A DNA stretch of 7,701 nt from an uncultured Methanomassiliicoccales archaeon (GTDB lineage Archaea > Thermoplasmatota > Thermoplasmata > Methanomassiliicoccales > Methanomethylophilaceae): NCBI GenBank assembly GCA_964504055.1, contig CAZDCU010000005.1, positions 1 to 7,701 of the forward strand. Reading direction: 5' to 3'. The notes beneath the pieces were generated by a model. It did not search any database. It was given only the letters and a program-made list of their open reading frames with translations, and was not told the origin of the DNA. Shown here piece after piece: positions 4,959-7,701 of the stretch (position 1 is the stretch's first letter; the number at the start of each line of letters is the position of its first letter). Position numbers and translations under genes: made by a program.

Positions 4959-5702
4959 TCACAGAACTTTGGAAAGGAATTCTTTCAGGCGTGCGTTCTG
5001 CGGGTTGCCGAATAACTCCGAAGGAGTGTTCTCTTCCGCAATCACACCGTCGTTGATGAAGAACACACGATCGGAAATCTCTCTTGCGAATCCCATCTCA
5101 TGTGTAACGATAAGCATCGTCATACCTTCTTTGGCCAAATCCTTGATTAAAGAAAGTACCTCACCGACCATTTCCGGGTCCAATGCGGACGTAGGCTCGT
5201 CGAATAACATCACATCCGGATTCATAGCCAGCGCACGGATAATTGCGATACGCTGCTGCTGTCCTCCGGACAGTCTCTGCGGACGCTGGTCCGCTTTATC
5301 CGATAAACCGATTCTTGCAAGCAGTGCTTCCGCTTTATCCGATGCTTCCTCTTCCGTCATAAGTTTTAACTGAGTCGGTGCTAACATGATGTTCTTCTTC
5401 ACCGTCATGTTCGGGAAGAGATTGAACTGCTGGAACACCATTCCGATCTTCTGACGGATTTTATTCACATCCACGCCTTTGGCAGTAATCTCGGTACCTT
5501 CAAAGAAAACAGAACCGCCCGTAGGCTCTTCGAGAAGATTCAGAGAACGCAGGAACGTGGATTTACCGCATCCGGAAGGACCGATAATGGAAATTACCTC
5601 CCCTTTCCTTATCTGCGCATCGATTCCTTTCAGAACTTCATGTTCGCCGAAAGATTTGCGGAGATTTCTTACTTCAATCAGTACATCCGAATCAGATTGC
5701 AT
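4959..5702 (-). CDS. Polar amino-acid ABC transporter ATP-binding protein (GlnQ/ArtP-like), 247 aa
   Basis: Walker [11 protein letters not shown]-loop [12 protein letters not shown] signature [15 protein letters not shown], Walker [14 protein letters not shown]-loop IVTHEM. The start overlaps the permease stop by 11 nt, and GGAGG lies 10 nt upstream of the ATG. Confidence 0.93.
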   Translation of the reverse strand: MQSDSDVLIEVRNLRKSFGEHEVLKGIDAQIRKGEVISIIGPSGCGKSTFLRSLNLLEEPTGGSVFFEGTEITAKGVDVNKIRQKIGMVFQQFNLFPNMTVKKNIMLAPTQLKLMTEEEASDKAEALLARIGLSDKADQRPQRLSGGQQQRIAIIRALAMNPDVMLFDEPTSALDPEMVGEVLSLIKDLAKEGMTMLIVTHEMGFAREISDRVFFINDGVIAEENTPSELFGNPQNARLKEFLSKVL

Positions 5703-6390
5703 TTGCGTTCAGCCTCCTTTCAAGTCTGTGCACCAATGCGGTGAGTGCCATCACCATAATCAGATAAATCAATGCAATTCCGAGCAACGGAACCATTGCC
5801 TGATATGTGAACGACATGATAATTTCGTACGATTTCGTTAATTCGACAACACCGATTACGCCGCAGATAGACGTCTCCTTCAGAAGACTGATTCCTTCGT
5901 TACACAATGCGGGAAGAATATTCTTCACCGCCTGCGGTAAGATGACCGTTGTCATCATCGCACCGAAGGACAGTCCCAAACTTCTCGCAGCCTCGAACTG
6001 ACCTGTAGGTACTGCGTTGATACCGGAACGTACAATCTCCGCAACGTAGGCTGCGGAGTTTAAACCGAATGCAAGTGAACCTGTTATCAGCGGGTTCACT
6101 CTGAATCCGATTACGTTCGGCGTAAGCACGACGAGGTAGATGATAAGAAGTTGAACCATCACAGGGGTACCGCGTATTACCGTAATGTACGCCTTGCAGA
6201 TGATGTTGAGGATCGGCAGTTTTCCGTTTTTATCGTGGATTGTTCTTACGGTTGCAATCAGTACACCCAAAATCAATCCAAGAATCAGCGCCATCACCGT
6301 GAGGATAATGGTGTTTTCAAGACCCTGCAATACGTACTCCCAACGGTCGTTGTAGATGAATGCATTGTAGATATCGTCCCACAAAGACAT
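5692..6390 (-). CDS. Polar amino-acid ABC transporter permease (His/Glu/Gln/Arg/opine family), 232 aa
   Basis: Multi-pass hydrophobic protein with the EAA-loop region [31 protein letters not shown] and the [10 protein letters not shown] motif typical of this permease family. GAGGAGAGG Shine-Dalgarno lies upstream. Confidence 0.9.
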   Translation of the reverse strand: MSLWDDIYNAFIYNDRWEYVLQGLENTIILTVMALILGLILGVLIATVRTIHDKNGKLPILNIICKAYITVIRGTPVMVQLLIIYLVVLTPNVIGFRVNPLITGSLAFGLNSAAYVAEIVRSGINAVPTGQFEAARSLGLSFGAMMTTVILPQAVKNILPALCNEGISLLKETSICGVIGVVELTKSYEIIMSFTYQAMVPLLGIALIYLIMVMALTALVHRLERRLNANAI

Positions 6391-6417
6391 CGAATCTGCC
6401 TCTCCTCATTGTTTTAT

Positions 6418-7245
6418 TCAGGCTTTTGTGATGATGACCTGCACCGATGTCTTATAGGGGTCGGTGAAATCTACATTCGCTTTCCTTTCATCGGTAACTG
6501 TCATACCTGCCGCAATGACATAGTTTTCTGATTCATCGCTGACCTGAATCTGACCGATGAGTGCATTGAAATCCATACTCTTGACTACAAGCTCCATCTT
6601 GAGCTTTGAAGCAATTGCCTGCATAATGTCAACATCCATTCCGACAATTGTTCCGTCTCCGTTGTCATTGAAGTATTCATAGGGCGGGAAATATGCTTCT
6701 GTAATCATATTGAGTTTTCCGCCGGTGTAATCCGTGTCCTCCCTAACGTACTTCTCTCCGACTCCGTCTTCGTAGTACTTTATAATTTTTTCAAGTGTAC
6801 CGTCACCCTTAATCTCTGCCAATGCACCATTTACTTTGTCGAGAAGGGTCTTATTATCTTTCTTAACCGCAATTGCATAATCCTCTACAGCGAAATTTGT
6901 GTCAAGAATCTTCAGTCCGCTGTTCTTCGCAACAAATGTCTTTGCAGGCTGGTCGTCAATGATAACACAATCGACATGTCCCTGATTCAGTGCATCTATT
7001 GCGAATGCTCCAGAAGTGTAAGCCTTGACATCAGTGTTACTACTCAGCTTACCGTCTTCTATATACTGGCGGGCGAATGTCTCTCCAGTGTATCCTTTCA
7101 CAACACCGACAGTGGCTCCGTTGAGATCTTCGAAATTCTCAATCTTCTTTGAACTGCCTCCGTTGTTCATTGCGAGTGCAATACCGACCGCAGCAACGAT
7201 TACTACAACAACCGCTGCAATTGCGATGATCTGTTTCTTCTCCAT
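6418..7245 (-). CDS. Amino-acid ABC transporter substrate-binding protein (family-3 type) with an N-terminal membrane anchor and apparently circularly permuted domain order, 275 aa from the preferred start
   Basis: The track ORF extends to 7371, but GGAGG (7258..7254) lies 8 nt before ATG 7245 and 2 nt before ATG 7251, and the hydrophobic anchor (QIIAIAAVVVVIVAAVGIALA) starts right after MEKK. The first 40 residues of the ORF look non-coding. Family-3 motifs are all present but in swapped order; see finding 1. There is no lipobox Cys. Confidence 0.85.
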   Translation of the reverse strand: MEKKQIIAIAAVVVVIVAAVGIALAMNNGGSSKKIENFEDLNGATVGVVKGYTGETFARQYIEDGKLSSNTDVKAYTSGAFAIDALNQGHVDCVIIDDQPAKTFVAKNSGLKILDTNFAVEDYAIAVKKDNKTLLDKVNGALAEIKGDGTLEKIIKYYEDGVGEKYVREDTDYTGGKLNMITEAYFPPYEYFNDNGDGTIVGMDVDIMQAIASKLKMELVVKSMDFNALIGQIQVSDESENYVIAAGMTVTDERKANVDFTDPYKTSVQVIITKA

Positions 7246-7303
7246 TGTCATTTCCTCCGAAATGGAATTGGCCCATATTGGAAAATAATACGTATAAGGG
7301 TTG

Positions 7304-7374
7304 TCAGACCGCCCCGTAATGAAAACAACAGGGCGTCTGAAACCCGACATCCGTATGCCGTCTTCAGACATACG
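7304..7374 (-). promoter_or_regulatory. Structured intergenic leader or promoter region with three overlapping inverted repeats upstream of the ABC operon
   Basis: TCAGAC(C)GCCC 7304..7314 pairs with GGGCGTCTGA 7331..7340 (10 bp, one bulge). GTCTGAA 7335..7341 alternatively pairs with TTCAGAC 7363..7369. CGTATG 7352..7357 pairs with CATACG 7369..7374. An AT-rich TATA-like stretch at 7281..7297 lies between these repeats and the Shine-Dalgarno. Confidence 0.4.
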
Positions 7375-7389
7375 AATCGTAGAGTTTAA

Positions 7390-7701
7390 TCACTCGCGGA
7401 TAAGTTTTTTACCGTCCGAGAATGCCCTGCCCACTTTGCCTTTTATCTCAAGGTAGTCGTGGTTTAAGCCGTCGTACACGATGGGTCTGAGTTTGGACAC
7501 ATCCACCTTCCCGTCGGTCAGAATCGATTCGTCGACGGATACGTTGACAATCTTTCCGATAAGCTCTTCGTTTTCGTAGCTTTTGACGGTACATTCGACG
7601 GACATCTTCAGTTCCTGAATAATCGGAGCGTCTACGAATTCGCTCTTTACTGCGGTGAATCCCGCTTTCGCGAACTTGTCTTTTACGTCGTTTCCTGAAA
7701 C
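7390..7701 (-). CDS. Flavin reductase-like (FMN-binding split-barrel) protein, C-terminal 103 residues; the 5' end lies beyond the right edge
   Basis: The reading frame stays open from 7701 through the track's ATG at 7605: VSGNDVKDKFAKAGFTAVKSEFVDAPIIQELKMSVECTVKSYENEELIGKIVNVSVDESILTDGKVDVSKLRPIVYDGLNHDYLEIKGKVGRAFSDGKKL. This matches the C-terminal half of flavin-reductase-domain proteins (SG.DVDKF...G.T...S..V.AP.I.E....LEC.V......IG.IV....DE..L...G..D..KL.P..Y....Y...G). Confidence 0.7.
   Translation of the reverse strand, partial: VSGNDVKDKFAKAGFTAVKSEFVDAPIIQELKMSVECTVKSYENEELIGKIVNVSVDESILTDGKVDVSKLRPIVYDGLNHDYLEIKGKVGRAFSDGKKLIRE

Noticed and set aside
4338-7288. Plus-strand ORFs antisense to the flavodoxin-like and ABC genes (4338..4562, 4568..4870, 4969..5373, 5479..5841, 5807..6001, 6151..6531, 7025..7288)
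   Set aside because: Each lies opposite a gene with unambiguous family motifs. The translations lack motifs and are compositionally skewed. These look like ordinary shadow ORFs.
7246-7371. N-terminal extension of the binding-protein ORF (start at 7371)
   Set aside because: The extension (MSEDGIRMSGFRRPVVFITGRSDNPYTYYFPIWANSISEE..) precedes the hydrophobic signal/anchor and contains the GGAGG site and the TATA-like stretch. The real start is most likely ATG 7245 (8 nt after GGAGG) or 7251.
1-7701. Mobile elements, CRISPR arrays, tRNA/rRNA genes, or defence and toxin-antitoxin systems
   Set aside because: I saw no transposase or integrase-like ORF, no terminal inverted repeats flanking a block, no regularly spaced direct repeats, and no tRNA-like T-loop or acceptor pattern. 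The RHH gene has no toxin partner. This rests on visual inspection only.

Overview
The window is almost entirely coding: nine protein genes, eight on the minus strand, with no rRNA, tRNA, CRISPR array or mobile element seen. From right to left on the minus strand the genes are: the 3' part of a flavin-reductase-like gene (7390..7701, runs off the right edge); a polar amino-acid ABC transporter operon of binding protein 6418..7245, permease 5692..6390 and ATPase 4959..5702; a flavodoxin-like gene (4394..4897); an isochorismatase/nicotinamidase-like hydrolase (3781..4332) separated by 2 nt from an HdrD/GlpC-type Fe-S protein with two CCG domains (2816..3778); and, after a 255-nt divergent intergenic region, a large adhesin-like surface protein (1..2394, 798 codons, runs off the left edge). 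The only plus-strand gene is a 54-aa CopG-like ribbon-helix-helix protein (2650..2814). The supplied ORF track misses three real coding features: the 798-codon edge-truncated ORF, the 54-aa RHH gene, and the upstream part of the right-edge gene. Three genes have a TATA-like box about 23-27 nt upstream of an ATG with no Shine-Dalgarno, while operon-internal genes do have one. Together with TTTAAATA/TTTATATC boxes, the HdrD-like protein and the adhesin-like protein, this suggests an archaeon, possibly a host-associated Thermoplasmata or Methanomassiliicoccales-like methanogen; that is inference, not proven. The most interesting observation is that the ABC substrate-binding protein looks like a natural circular permutant of the family-3 (GlnH/HisJ-type) amino-acid-binding fold. 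Other observations: the coupled PncA-like and HdrD-like genes in a flavin-rich neighbourhood, perfect palindromes directly upstream of TATA boxes, mutually exclusive helices upstream of the ABC operon, convergent genes 1 nt apart, and TGA at all eight visible stop codons.
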